The translations under genes and the position numbers were made by a program. A model generated the notes under the pieces. That model ran no database searches. It was given only the letters and a program-made list of their open reading frames with translations, and was not told where the DNA came from. DNA of 64,000 bases from the human T2T-CHM13v2.0 reference genome, Homo sapiens. Where the stretch lies: the NCBI RefSeq assembly GCF_009914755.1, contig NC_060933.1. One strand, 5' to 3'. Of this stretch, positions 15,001 through 29,660 are shown in pieces. The first letter of the stretch is position 1. Each line of letters starts with the position of its first letter.

Positions 15001-18000
15001 TCCATTCCATTGCATTCTATTCCATTCCATTCCCCTGCAGTCGGATTGATTCCATTCCATTCCATTCCATTCCATTCCATTCCGTTCCTTTCCGTTCCAT
15101 TCCATTCCATTCCATTCTATTCGGGTTAATTCCATTCCATTCCATTCCATTCCATTCCATTCCATTCCATTCCATTCCATTACAATCGAGTTGATTCCAT
15201 TCCATTCCATTCCATTCCATTCCATTCCATTCCTTTCCATTCCATTACGGATGATTCCATTCCATTGCATTCCATTCCATTCCATTCCCCTGTACTCGGG
15301 TTGATTCCATTCCATTCCATTCCAATCCATGCCATTCCACTCGTGTTGATTCCATTCTTTCCATTCCATTCAAGATGAATCCATTCCATTGCATTCCATT
15401 CCATTCGATTCCATTCGATTGCACTCGGGTTGATTCCATTCCATTGCATTCCATTCCATTCCATTTCATTCCATTCCATTCCTTTCCATTCCATTCCATT
15501 CCATTCCATTCAATTCCATTGCAATCGAGTTGATTCCATTCCATTCCTTTCCATTCCATTCCATTGCCTTGCATTCCACTCGGGTTGATTCCATTCCCTT
15601 CTTTCCACTCCATTACATTCCCTTCCATTCCACTCGGAATGATTGATTCCATTCCATTCCATTCCATTTCATTCCATTGCAATCCATTCCAATCCTTTCC
15701 ATTCCATTCCATTCCACTCGAGTTGATTTCATTCCATTCCATTCCATTCCATTCCATTCCTTTCCACTCGAGTTGATTCCATTCCATGCCATTCCATTGC
15801 ATTCCATTCCATGCCATTCCACTCGGGTTGATTCCATTCCATTGCATCCCATTCCATTCCATTCAATTCCATTCCGTTCCATTCCATTCCATTACATTCG
15901 CATTGATTCTATTCAACTCCCTTAGTCTCCATTACATTCCATTCCATTCGGGTTGTTCCATTCCATTCCATTCCATTCCACTCCATTCCATTGCACTCGG
16001 GTTTATTCCATTCCATTCCATTCCATTCCATTCCATTCCATTCCATTCTGGAAGATTCCATTCCATTGCATTCCATTCCATTCCATTCCCCTGCACTCGC
16101 GTTGATTCCATTCCATTCCATTCCATTCCATTCCATTCCATTCCATTCCATTCCATTCCTTTCCGTTCCATACCATTCCATTCCATTCCATTCCATTCCA
16201 TTCCGTTCCGTTCCGTTCCATTCCATTCCATTCCATTCTATTCGGGTTAATTCCATTCCATTCCATTCGATTGCAATCGAGTTGATTCCATTCCATTCCA
16301 TTCCATTCCATTCCATTCCATTCCATTCCTTTCCATTCCATTACGGATGATTCCATTCCATTGCATTCCATTCCATTCCATTCCCCTGTACTCGGGTTGA
16401 TTCCATTCCATTCCATTCCAATCCATGCCATTCCACTCGTGTTGATTCCGTTCTTTCCATTCCATTCAAGTTGAATCCATTCTATTGCATTCCATTCCAT
16501 TCCATTCCCTTGCAGTCGGGTTGATTCCATTCCATTCCATTCCATTCCATTCCATTCCATTCCATTCCATTCCAATCAAGTTGATTCCATTCCATTCCAT
16601 TCCATTCCATTCCATTCCATTCCATTCCAGTCCATTCCAGTCCTTTCCATTCCATTCCACTCGGGTTGATTCCAATGTATTCCTTTCCATTCCATTCCAT
16701 TCCATTGCAATCGAGTTGATTCCATTGCTTTGCATTCCATTCCTTTCCATTCCATTCCGGATGATTCCATTCCATTGCATTCCATTCCATTCCATTCCCC
16801 TGCACTCGGGTTGATTCCATTCCTTTCCACTCCATTCCATTCCATTCCATTCCATTCCATTGTATTCGGGTTAATTCCATTCCATTCAATTCCATTCCAT
16901 TACAATCGAGTTGATTCCATTCCATTCCATTCCATTCCAGTCCGTTCCATTCCATTCCACTCAGGTTGATTCCACTCTATTTGTTTCCATTCCATTCCAT
17001 TCCCTTCCATTCCACTCTGGTTGATTCCATTCCTTTCCATTCCACTCGAATACATTCCCTCCTATTCCACTCGGAACGATTCCATTCCATTCCATTCCAT
17101 TCCATTCCATTCCATTCTATTCCATTTCGTTCCATTCCATTCTATTCCGTATCATTCCATTCCATTCCATTCCATTCTATTCCATTCCATTCCATTCCAT
17201 TGTAGTCGGGTTGATTCCATTCCATTGCATTCTATTCCATTCCATTCCATTCCATTCCGTTGCATTCCATTCCATTACATTCGGATTGATTCTATTCAAC
17301 TCCCTTACTCTCCATTACATTCCATTCCATTCGGGTTGTTCCATTCCATTTCATTCCATTCCACTCCATTCCATTGCACTCGGGTTTATTCCATTCCATT
17401 CCATTCCATTCCATTCCATTCCGGATGATTCCATTCCATTGCATTCCGTTCCATTCCATTCCCCTGCACTCGTGTTGATTCCATTACCTTCCATTCCATT
17501 CCATTCTGTTCCATTCCATTGCATTCCATTCTATTCCGGTTAATTCCATTCAATTCCATTCCATTCCATTCCATTCCATTGCAATCGAGTTGATTCCATT
17601 CCATTCCTTTCCATTCCATTCCATTGCCTTGCATTCCAATCGGGTTGATTCCATTCCCTTCTTTCCACTCCATTACATTCCCTTCCATTCCACTCGGAAT
17701 GATTGATTCCATTCCATTCCATTCCATTTCATTCCGTTGCAATCCATTCCAATCTATTCCATTCCATTCCATTCCACTCGAGTTGATTTCATTCCATTCC
17801 TTTCCATTCCATTCCATTCCTTTCCACTCGAGTTGATTCCATTCCATTCCATTCCATTGCATTCCATTCCATGCCATTCCACTCGGGTTGATTCCATTCC
17901 TTTGCATTCCATTCCATTCCATTCCATTCCATTCCATTCCATTCCATTCCGTTGCATTCCATTCCATTACATTCGGATTGATTCTATTCAACTCCCTTAC

Positions 18001-21000
18001 TCTCCATTACATTCCATTCCATTCGGGTTGTTCCATTCCGTTCCATTCCATTCCACTCCATTCCATTGCACTCGGGTTGATTCCATTCCATTCCATTCCA
18101 TTCCATTCCATTCCGGATGATTCCATTCCATTGCATTCCGTTCCATTACATTCCCCTGCACTCGTGTTGATTCCATTCCATTCCATTCCATTCCATTCAA
18201 TTCCATTCCATTACAATTCGTTCCATTCCATTCTATTCCGTACCATTCCATTCCATTCCATACCATTCCATTCCATTCCATTCCATTCCGTTCCATTCCG
18301 TTCCATTCCATTCCATTCCATTCTATTCTGGTTTATTCCATTCCATTCCATTCCATTCCATTCTATTCCATTCCATTGCAATCGAGTTGAATCCGTTGCA
18401 TTTCATTCCATTCCATTCCATTCCATTCCATTCCGGAAGATTCCATTCCATTGCATTCCATTCCATTCCATTCCCCTGCACTCGCGTTGATTCCATTCCA
18501 TTCCATTCCATTCCATTCCATTCCGTTCCGTTCCGTTCCGTTCCGTTCCGTTCCATTCCATTCCATTCCATTCCGTTCCGTTCCGTTCCATTCCATTCCA
18601 TTCCATTCTATTCGGGTTAATTCCATTCCATTCCATTCGATTGCAATCGTGTTGATTCCATTCCATTCCATTCCATTCCATTGCATTCCATTCCATTCCT
18701 TTCTATTCCATTACGGATGATTCCATTCCATTGCATTCCATTCCATTCCATTCCCCTGTACTCGGGTTGATTCCATTCCATTGCATTCCAATCCATGCCC
18801 TTCCACTCGTGTTGATTCCATTCTTTCCATTCCATTCAAGTTGAATCCATTCCATTGCATTCCATTCCATTCGATTCCATTCAGTTGCACTCGGGTTGAT
18901 TCCATTCCATTGCATTCCATTCCATTCCATTCCATTCCATTCCATTCCATTCCGTTCCTTTCCATTCCATTACATTCGGATTGATTCTATTCAATTCCCT
19001 TACACTCCATTACATTCCATTCCATTCGGGTAGTTTCCATTCCATTCCTCTCCATTCCATTGCATTCGGGTTGATTCCATTCCATTGCATTCCATTCCAT
19101 TCCATTCAATTCCATTCCGTTCCATTCCATTCCATTACATTCGGATTGATTCTATTCAACTCCCTTAGTCTCCATTACATTCCATTCCATTCGGGTTGTG
19201 CCATTCCATTCCATTCCATTCCACTCCATTCCATTACACTCGGGTTTATTCCATTCCATTCCATTCCATTCCATTCAATTCCATTCCATTCCGGAAGATT
19301 CCATTCCATTGCATTCCATTCCATTCCATTCCCCTGCACTCGCGTTGATTCCATTCCATTCCATTCCATTCCATTCCATTCCATTCCATTCCATTCCTTT
19401 CCGTTCCATTCCATTCCATTCCATTCCATTCCATTCCTTTCCATTCCAGTCTTTTCCATTCCATTCCACTCGGGTTGATTCCATTCTATTAGTTTCCATT
19501 CCATTCCATTCCCTTCCACTCCACTCTGGTTGATTCCATTCCTTTCCATTCCACTCGAATACATTCCCTCCTATTCCACTCGGAACGATTCCATTCCATT
19601 CCATTCCATTCCATTCCATTCCATTCCATTCCATTCCATTTCGTTCCATTCCATTCTATTCCGTATCGTTCCATTCCATTCCATTCCATTCCATTCCATT
19701 CCATTCCATTCCACTCGTGTTGATTCCATTCCTTTCCATTCCATTCCATTCCATTCCATTCCATTCCACTCGTGTTGATTCCATTCCTTTCCATTCCATT
19801 CGGTTTGAAGGCATTCCATTCCATTCCATTCCATTCCATTCCATTCCATTGTACTCGGGTTGATTCCATTCCATTGCATTCCATTCCATTCCGTTCCATT
19901 CCGTTGCATTCCATTCCATTACTTTCGGATTGATTCTATTCAACTCCGTTACTCTCCATTACATTCCATTCCATTTGGGTTGTTCCATTCCATTCCATTC
20001 CATTCCACTCCATTCCATTGCACTCGGGTTCATTCCATTTCATTCCATTCCATTCCATTCCATTCCATTCCGGATGATTCCATTCCATTGCATTCCGTTC
20101 CATTACATTCCCCTGCACTCGCGTTGATTCCATTCCATTCCATTCCATTCCATTCAATTCCATTCCATTACAATTCGTTCCATTCCATTCTATTCCGTAC
20201 CATTCCATTCCATTCCATACCATTCCATTCCATTCCATTCCATTCCATTCCGTTCCATTCCGTTCCATTCCATCCCATTCCTTTCTATTCGGGTCCATTC
20301 CATTCCATTCCATTCCGTTCCATTCCATTCTATTCCATTCCATTGCAGTCGAGTTGAATCAATTGCATTTCATTCCATTCCATTCCATTCCATTCCATTC
20401 CGGAAGATTCCATTCCATTGCATTCCATTCCATTCCATTCCCCTGCACTCGCGTTGATTCCATTCCATTCCATTCCATTCCATTCCATTCCATCCATTCC
20501 GTTCCGTTCCGTTCCATTCCATTCCATTCCATTCCATTCCATTCCATTCCATTCCGTTCCGTTCCATTCCATTCCATTCCATTCTATTCGGGTTAATTCC
20601 ATTCCATTCCATTCGATTGCAATCGAGTTGATTCCATTCCATTCCATTCCATTCCATTCCATTCCATTCCATTCCATTCCATTCCATTCCATTCCTTTCC
20701 ATTCCATTACGGATGATTCCATTCCATTGCATTCCATTCCATTCCATTCCCCTGTACTCGGGTTGATCCATTCCATTCCATTCCAATCCATGCCATTCCA
20801 CTCGTGTTGATTCCATTTTTTCCATTCCATTCAAGTTGAATCCATTCCATTGCATTCCATTCCATTCCATTCACCTGCAGTCGGGTTGATTCAATTCCAT
20901 TCCATTCCATTCCATTCCATTCCATTCCATTCCGTTCCGTTCCATTCCATTCCATTCCTCTCTATTCGGGTTAATTCCATTCCATTCCATTCGATTGCAA

Positions 21001-24000
21001 TCGAGTTGATTCCACTCCATTGCATTCCATTCCATTCCATTCCTTTCCATTCCATTACGGATGATTCCTTTCCATTGCATTCCATTCCATTCCATTCCAC
21101 TGTACTCGGCTTGATTGCATTCCATTCTATTCCAATCCATGCCATTCCACTCGTGTTGATTCCATTCTTTGCATTCCATTGAAGTTGAATCCATTCCATT
21201 GCATTCCATTCCATTCGATTCCATTCGATTGCACTCGGATTGATTCCATTCCATTGCATTCCATTCCATTCCATTCCATTCCATTCGGATTGATTCTATT
21301 CAATTCCCTTACACTCCAATACTTTCCATTCCATTCGGGTAATTTCCATTCCATTCCATTCCATTCCTCTCCATTCCATTGAACTCGGGTTGATTCCATT
21401 CCATTCCATTCCATTCCATTCCATTACATTACATTACATTACATTCCGTTCCATTGTACTCGGGTTGATTCCATTCCATTGCATTCCATTCCATTCCATT
21501 CCATTCCATTCCATTCCATTCCATTCCGTTCCATTCCATTCCATTACATTCGGATTGATTCTTTTCAACTCCCTTACTCTCCATTACATTCCATTACATT
21601 CGTGTTGTTCCATTCCATTCCATTCCATTCCACTCCATTCCATTGCACTCGGGTTGATTCCATTCCATTCCATTCCATTCCGGATGATTCCATTCCATTG
21701 CATTCCGTTCCATTACATTCCCCTGCACTCGGGTTGATTCCATTCCATTCCATTCCATTCCATTCCATTCGATTCCATTCCATTCCCCTGCACTCGCGTT
21801 GATTCCATTCCATTCCATTCCATTCCATTCCATTCCATTCCATTCCTTTCCATTCCAGTCCTTTCCATTCCATTCCACTCGGGTTGATTCCATTCTATTA
21901 GTTTGCATTCCATTCCATTCGCTTCCATTCCACTCTGGTTGATTCCATTCCTTTCCATTCCACTCGAATACATTCCCTCCTATTCCACTCGGAACGATTC
22001 CATTCCATTGCATTCCATTCCATTCCATTTCATTTCGTCGCATTCCATTCTATTCCGTATCATTCCATTCCATTCCATTCCATTCCATTCCATTCCATTC
22101 CACTCGTGTTGATTCCATTCCTTTCCATTCCATTCGGTTTAAAGGCAATCCATTCCATTCCATTCCTTTCCATTCCATTCCATTCCATTCCATTGTACTC
22201 GGGTTGATTCCATTCCATTGCATTCCATTCCATTCCATTCCATTCCATTCCATTCCGTTGCATTCCATTCCATTACATTCGGATTGATTCTATTCAACTC
22301 CCTTACTCTCCATTACATTCCATTCCATTCGTGTTGTTCCATTCCATTCCATTCCATTCCACTCCATTCTACTGCACTCGGGTTGATTCCATTCCATTCC
22401 ATTCCATTCCATTCCATTCCATTCCATTCCGGATGATTCCATTCCATTGCATTCCGTTCCATTACATTCCCCTGCAGTCGCGTTGATTCCATTCCATTCC
22501 ATTCCATTCCATTCAATTCCATTCCATTACAATTCGTTCCATTCCATTCTATTCCGTACCATTCCATTCCATTCCATACCCTTCCATTGCATTCCATTCC
22601 ATTCCATTCCGTTCCATTTCGTTCCATTGCATTCCATTCCATTCTATTCGGGTTAATTCCATTCCATTCCATTCCATTCTATTCCATTCCATTTCAATCG
22701 AGTTGAATCCATTGCATTTCATTCCATTCCATTCCATTCCATTCCATTCCGGAAGATTCCATTCCATTGCATTCCATTCCATTCCATTCCCCTGCACTCG
22801 CGTTGATTCCTTTCCATTCCATTCCATTCCATTCCATTCCGTTCCGTTCCGTTCCGTTCCATTCCATTCCATTCCATTCCATTCCATTCCGTTCCGTTCC
22901 ATTCCATTCCATTCCATTCTATTCGGGTTAATTCCATTCCATTCCATTCGATTGCAATCGAGTTGATTCCATTCCATTCCATTCCATTCCATTCCATTCC
23001 TTTCCATTCCATTACGGATGATTCCATTCCATTGCATTCCATTCCATTCCATTCCGCTGTACTCCGGATGATTCCATTCCATTCCATTCCAATCCATGCC
23101 ATTCCACTCGTGTTGATTCCATTCTTTCCATTCCATTCAAGTTGAATCCATTCCATTGCATTCCATTCCATTCGATTCCATTCGATTGCACTCGGGTTGA
23201 TTCCATTCCATTGCATTCCATTCCATTCCATTCCATTCCATTCCATTCCATTCCATTCCGTTCCATTCCATTCCGTTACATTCGGATTGATTCTGTTCAA
23301 TTCCCTTACACTCCATTACATTCCATTCCATTCGGGTAGTTTCCATTCCATTCTATTCCTTTCCATTCCATTGCACTCGGGTTGATTCCATTCCATTGCA
23401 TTCCATTCCATTCCATTCAATTCCATTCCGTTCCATACCATTCCATTACATTCGGATTGATTCTATTCAACTCCCTTACTCTCCATTAAATTCCATTCCA
23501 TTCGGGTTGTTCCATTCCATTCCATTCCATTCCACTCCATTCCATTGCACTCGGGTTTATTCCATTCAATTCCATTCCATTCCATTCCATTCCATTCCAT
23601 TCCGGAAGATTCCATTCCATTGCATTCCATTGCATTCCATTCCCCTGCACTCGCGTTGATTCCATTTCATTCCATTCCATTCCATTCCATTCCATTCCAT
23701 TCCATTCCGTTCCTTTCCATTCCATTCCATTCCTTTCCATTCCATTCCATTCCATTCCGTTCCGTTCCGTTCCGTTCCATTCCATTCCATTCCATTCTAT
23801 TCGGGTTAATTCCATTCCATTCCATTCCATTGCAATCGAGTTGATTCCACTCCATTCCATTCCATTCCATTCCATTCCATTCCATTCCTTTCCATTCCAT
23901 TACGGATGATTCCATTCCTTTGCATTCCATTCCATTCCTTTCCCCTGTACTCGGGTTGATTCCATTCCATTCCATTCCAATCCATGCCATTCCACTCGTG

Positions 24001-27000
24001 TTGATTCCATTCTTTCCATTCCATTCAAGTTGAATCCATTCCATTGCTTTCCATTCCATTCCATTCCCCGGCAGTCGGGTTGATACCATTCCATTCCATT
24101 CCATTCCATTCCATTTCATTCCGTTCCGTTCCGTTCCGTTCCATTCCATTCCATTCCATTCTATTCGGGTTAATTCCATTCCATTCCATTCCATTCCATT
24201 CCATTCCAATCGAGTTTATTCCATTCCATTCCATTCCATTCCATTCCACTCCATTCCAGTCCTTTCCATTCCATTCCACTCGGGTTGATTCCAATGTATT
24301 CCTTTCCATTCCATTCCATTCCATTGCAATCGAGTTGATTCCATTGCTTTGCATTCCATTCCATTCCATTCCATTCCTGATGATTCCATTGCATTGCATT
24401 CCATTCCATTCCATTCCCCTGCACTCGGGTTGATTCCATTCCATTCCACTCCTTTCCATTCCATTCCATTCCATTCCATTGTATTCGGGTTAATTCCATT
24501 CCATTCCATTCCATTCCATTCCATTCCATTACAATCGAGTTGATTCCATTCCATTCCATTCCATTCCATTCTAGTCCTTTCCATTCCATTTCACTCGGGT
24601 TGATTCCATTCTATTAGTTTCCATTCCATTCCATTCCCTTCCATTCCACTCTGCTGATTCCATTCCTTTCCATTCCTCTCGAATACATTCCCTCCTATTC
24701 CACTCGGAACGATTCCATTCCATTCCATTCCATTCCATTCCATTCGATTCCATTTCGTTCCATTCCATTCTATTCCGTATCATTCCATTCCATTCCATTC
24801 CATTCCATTCCATTCCACTCGTGTTGATTGCATTCCTTTCCATTCCATTCGGTTTGAAGACATTCCATTCCATTCCATTCCATTCCATTCCATTCCATTG
24901 TACTCAGGTTGATTCCATTCCATTGTATTCCATTCCATTCCATTCCGGATGATTCCATTCCATTGCATTCCATTCCATTCCATTCCCCTGCACTCGGGTT
25001 GATTCCATTCCATTCCATTACATTACATTCCGTTCCATTCCATTCCATTCCATTCGGATTGATTCTATTCAATTCCCTTACACTCCATTACATTCCATTC
25101 CATTCGGGTAGTTTCCATTCCATTCCATTCCATTCCTCTCCATTCCATTGCACTCGGGTTGATTCCATTCCATTCCATTCCATTCCATTCCATTCCATTC
25201 CATTCCATTCCATTCCGTTCCATTGTACTCGGGTTGTTTCCATTCCATTGCATTCCATTCCATTCCATTCCATTCCATTCCATTCCATTCCATTCCGTTC
25301 CATTCCATTACATTCGGATTGATTCTATTCAACTCCCTTACTCTCCATTACATTCCATTCCATTCGGGTTTTTCCATTCCATTCCATTCCATTCCACTCC
25401 ATTCCATTGCACTCCGGTTGATTCCATTCCATTCCATTCCATTCCATTCGATTCCATTCCATTCCAATTCATTCCATTCCATTCTATTCCGTACCATTCC
25501 ATTCCATTCCATACAATTCCATTCCATTCCATTCCACTCCGTTCCGTTCCGTTCCGTTCTGTTCCGTTCCATTCCATTCCATTCCATTCTATTCGGGTTA
25601 ATTCCATTCCATTCCAATCGATTGCAATCGAGTTGATTCCATTCCATTCCTTTCCATTCCGTTCCGGATGATTCCATTCTATTGCATTCCATTCCATTCC
25701 ATTCCCCTGCAGTCGGTTTGATTCCATTCCATTCCATTCCATTCCATTCCGTTCCATTCCATTCCATTCCATTCTATTCGGGTTAATTCCATTCCATTCC
25801 TTTCCATTCCATTCCATTCCATTCCAATCGAGTTGATTCCATTCCATTCCATTCCATTCCATTCCACTCCATTCCAGTCCTTTCCATTCCATTACACTCG
25901 GGTTGATTCCGTTCTATTCCTTTCCATTCCATTCCATTCCATTGCAATCGAGTTGATTCCATTGCTTTGCATTCCATTCCATTCCATTCCATTCCGGATG
26001 ATTCCATTCCATTGCATTCCATTCCATTCCATTCCCCTACACTCGGGTTGATTCCATTCCATTCCACTCCATTCCGTTCCATTCTAGTCCATTCCATTGT
26101 ATTCGGGTTAATTCCATTCCATTCTATTCCATTCCATTCCATTACAATGTAGTTGATTCCATTCAATTCCATTCCATTCCATTCCATTCCAGTCTTTTCC
26201 ATTCCATTCCACTCGGGTTGATTCCATTCTATTAGTTTCCATTCCATTCCATTCCCTTCCATTCCAATCTGGTTGATTCCATTCCTTTCCATTCCACTCG
26301 AATACATTCCCTCCTATTCCACTCAGAACGATTCCATTCCATTCCATTCCATTCCATTCCATTCCATTCCATTCCATTCCAGTTCGTTCCATTCCATTCT
26401 ATTCCGTACCATTCTATTCCATTCCATTCCTTTCCATTCCATTCCATTCCACTCGTGGTGATTCCATACCTTTCCATTCCATTCGGTTTGAAGGCATTCC
26501 ATTCCATTCAATTCCATTGCATTCCATTCCATTCCATTCCATTCCATTCCATTCCATTCCATTGTACTCGAGTTGATTCCATTCCATTGCATTCAATTCC
26601 ATTCCATTCCATTCCATTGTACTCGAGTTGATTCCATTCCATTGCATTCCATTCCATTCCATTCCATTCCATTCCATTCCATTCCGTTGCATTCCATCCA
26701 TTACATTCGTATTGATTCTATTCAACTCCCTTACTCTCCATTACATTCCATTCCATTCAGGTTGTTCCATTCCATTCCATTCCATTCCACTCCATTCCAT
26801 TGCACTCGGGTTGATTCCATTCCATTCCATTCCATTCCATTCCATTCCGGGTGATTCCATTCCATTGCATTCCGTTCCATTACATTCCCCTGCACTCGCG
26901 TTGATTCCATTCCATTCCATTCCATTCCATTCCATTCCATTCCATTCCATTCCATTCCATTCCGTTGCATTCCATTCCATTACATTCGGATTGATTCTAT

Positions 27001-27100
27001 TCAACTCCCTTACTCTCCATTACATTCCATTCCATTCGGGTTGTTCCATTCCATTCCATTCCATTCCACTCCATTCCATTGCACTCGGGTTGATTCCATT
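1..27100 (+). repeat. HSat3 sub-domain A (dialect A)
   Basis: Diagnostic modules: ttacggatgattcc, cccctgtactcggg, ccaatccatgcc..ctcgtgttgattccattctttcc..caagttgaatcc, ttccggaagattcc, cccctgcactcgcgttg, ctcgaatacattccctcctattccactcggaacg, and cgggttgttcc. The right boundary is approximate. Confidence 0.85.
646..23613. promoter_or_regulatory. Cluster of 16 perfect heat-shock elements (nTTCnnGAAnnTTCn), left domain A; function predicted only
   Basis: 15-mers attc(c/t)ggaagattcN start at 646, 1499, 3659, 4516, 6922, 7760, 9267, 10745, 12717, 14570, 16045, 18430, 19288, 20397, 22746 and 23599. The motif match is direct; HSF1 occupancy is inferred. Confidence 0.65.
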
Positions 27101-28689
27101 CCATTCCATTCCATTCCATTCCATTCCATTCCATTCCATTTCAATCGAGTTGATTCCATTCCATTCCATTCCATTCCATTCAATTCCGAATGGTGTCATT
27201 CCATTGCCTTCCATTCCATTCCATTTCCCTGCACTCGGGTTGATTCCATTCCATTCCATTCCATTCCATTCCATTCCATTCCATTTCGTTCCATTCCATT
27301 CTATTCCGTACCATTCCATTCCATTCCATTCCATTCCATTCCATTCCATTTCCTTCCATTCCATTCCATTCCATTCCATTCCATTCCATTCCATTCTATT
27401 AGGGTTAATTCCATTCCATTCCATTCCATTCCATTCCATTCCATGCCATTCCACTCGGGTTGATTCCATTCCTTTCCATTCCATTCGAGTTGAATCCATT
27501 CCATTCCATTCCATTCCATTCCATTCCATTCCATTGCACACGGGTTCATTCCATTCCATTCCATTCCATTCCATTTCCTTCCATTCCATTCTATTCCATA
27601 CCATTCCATTCCATTCCATTCCATTCCATTAGACTCCATTCCATGCCATTCCACTCGGTGTTATTCCATTCGTTTCCATTCCATTCGGGTTGAATCCATT
27701 CCATTCCATTCCATTCGATTCCATTACATTGCCCTCGTGTTGTTTCCATTCCATTCCATTCCATTCCATTCCATTCCATTCCATTCCATTCCATGCCATT
27801 CCACTCGGGTTGATTTCATTCCATTCCGTTCCTTTCCAGTCGAACCCATTCCATTCCATTCCATTCCATTCCATTCCATTCCAATCCATTGCACACGGGT
27901 TCATTCCATTCCATACCATTCCATTCCATTCCATTTCGTTCCATTCCATTCTATTCGGTACCATTCCATTCCATTCCATTCCAATCCATTCCATTCCATG
28001 CCATTCCACTTGGGTTGAATCCCTTCCTTTCCATTCCATTCGGGTTGAATCCATTCCATTCCAATCCATTGCATTCTATTCCATTCCATTCCATTCCTTT
28101 CAATTCCATTGCACACGGGTTGGTTCCATTCCATTCCTTTCCGTTCCATTCCGGATGACACCATTCCATTGCATTCCATTCCATTCCATTCCATTCCCCT
28201 GCACTCGGGTTCATTACCTTCCATTCCATTTACTTCCATTCCATTCCATTCCATTCTATTCGGGTTAATTCCATTCCATTCCATTCCATTCCATTCCATT
28301 CCATTCCATTCCATTGAAATCGAGTTGATTGCATTCCATTCCATTCAATTCCGGATGATTCCATTCCATTGCCTTCAATTCCATTCCATTCCCCTGCACT
28401 CGGGTTGATTCCATTCCATTCCATTCCATTCCATTCCATTCCATTCCATTCCATTTCATTCCATTCCATTTCGTTCCTTTCCATACTATTCCATACCATT
28501 CCATTCCATTCCATTCCATTCCATTCCATTCCATTCCATGCCATTCCACTCGGGTTGATTCCATTCCTTTCCATTCCGTTCGAGTTGAATCCATTCCAAT
28601 CCATTCCATTCCATTCGATTCCATTCCATTGCACACGGGTTCATTCCATTCCATTCCATTCCATTCCATTCAATTCCATTCCATTCCAT

Positions 28690-29660
28690 TCCATTGTACT
28701 CGAGTTGATTCCATTCCATTGCATTCCATTCCATTCCATTCCATTCCATTCCATTCCGTTGCATTCCATTCCATTACATTCGGATTGATTCTATTCAACT
28801 CCCTTACTCTCCATTACATTCCATTCCATTCGGGTTGTTCCATTCCATTCCATTCCATTCCACTCCATTCCATTGCACTCGGGTTGATTCCATTCCATTC
28901 CATTCCATTTCATTCCGGATGATTCCATTCCATTGCATTCCGTTCCATTACATTCCCCTGCACTCGCGTTGATTCCATTCCATTCCATTCCATTCCATTC
29001 CATTCAATTCCATTCCATTACAATTCGTTCCATTCCATTCTATTCCGTACCATTCCATTCCATTCCATACCATTCCATTCCATTCCGTTCCATTCTGTTC
29101 CTTTCCATTCCATTCCATTCTATTCGGATTAATTCCATTCCATTCCATTCCATTCCATTCTATTCCATTCCATTGCAATCGAGTTGAATCCATTGCATTT
29201 CATTCCATTCCATTCCATTCCATTCCATTCCGGAATATTCCATTCCATTGCATTCCATTCCATTCCATTCCCCTGCACTCGCGTTGATTCCATTCCATTC
29301 CATTCCATTCCATTCCATTCCGTTCCGTTCAATTCCATTCCATTCCATTCCATTCCATTCCATTCCATTCCGTTCCGTTCCATTCCATTCCATTCCATTC
29401 TATTCGGGTTAATTCCATTCCATTCCATTCGATTGCAATCGAGTTGATTCCATTCCATTCCATTCCATTCCATTCCATTCCTTTCCATTCCATTACGGAT
29501 GATTCCATTCCATTGCATTCCATTCCATTCCATTCGCCTGTACTCGGGTTGATTCCATTCCATTCCATTCCAATCCATGCCATTCCACTCGTGTTGATTC
29601 CATTCTTTCCATTCCATTCAAGTTGAATCCATTCCATTGCATTCCATTCCATTCCATTCC
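28690..29660 (+). repeat. Dialect-A segment embedded in domain B
   Basis: Module order is collinear with ~22200-23150 and includes gcactcgcg, acaattcg, ccggaatattcc, ttacggatg and caagttgaa. Confidence 0.8.
29227..29241. promoter_or_regulatory. Perfect HSE variant (attccggaatattcc) within the A-type insert
   Basis: aTTCc gGAAt aTTCc. It is the only perfect HSE I found between 23.7 and 49.5 kb. Confidence 0.55.
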
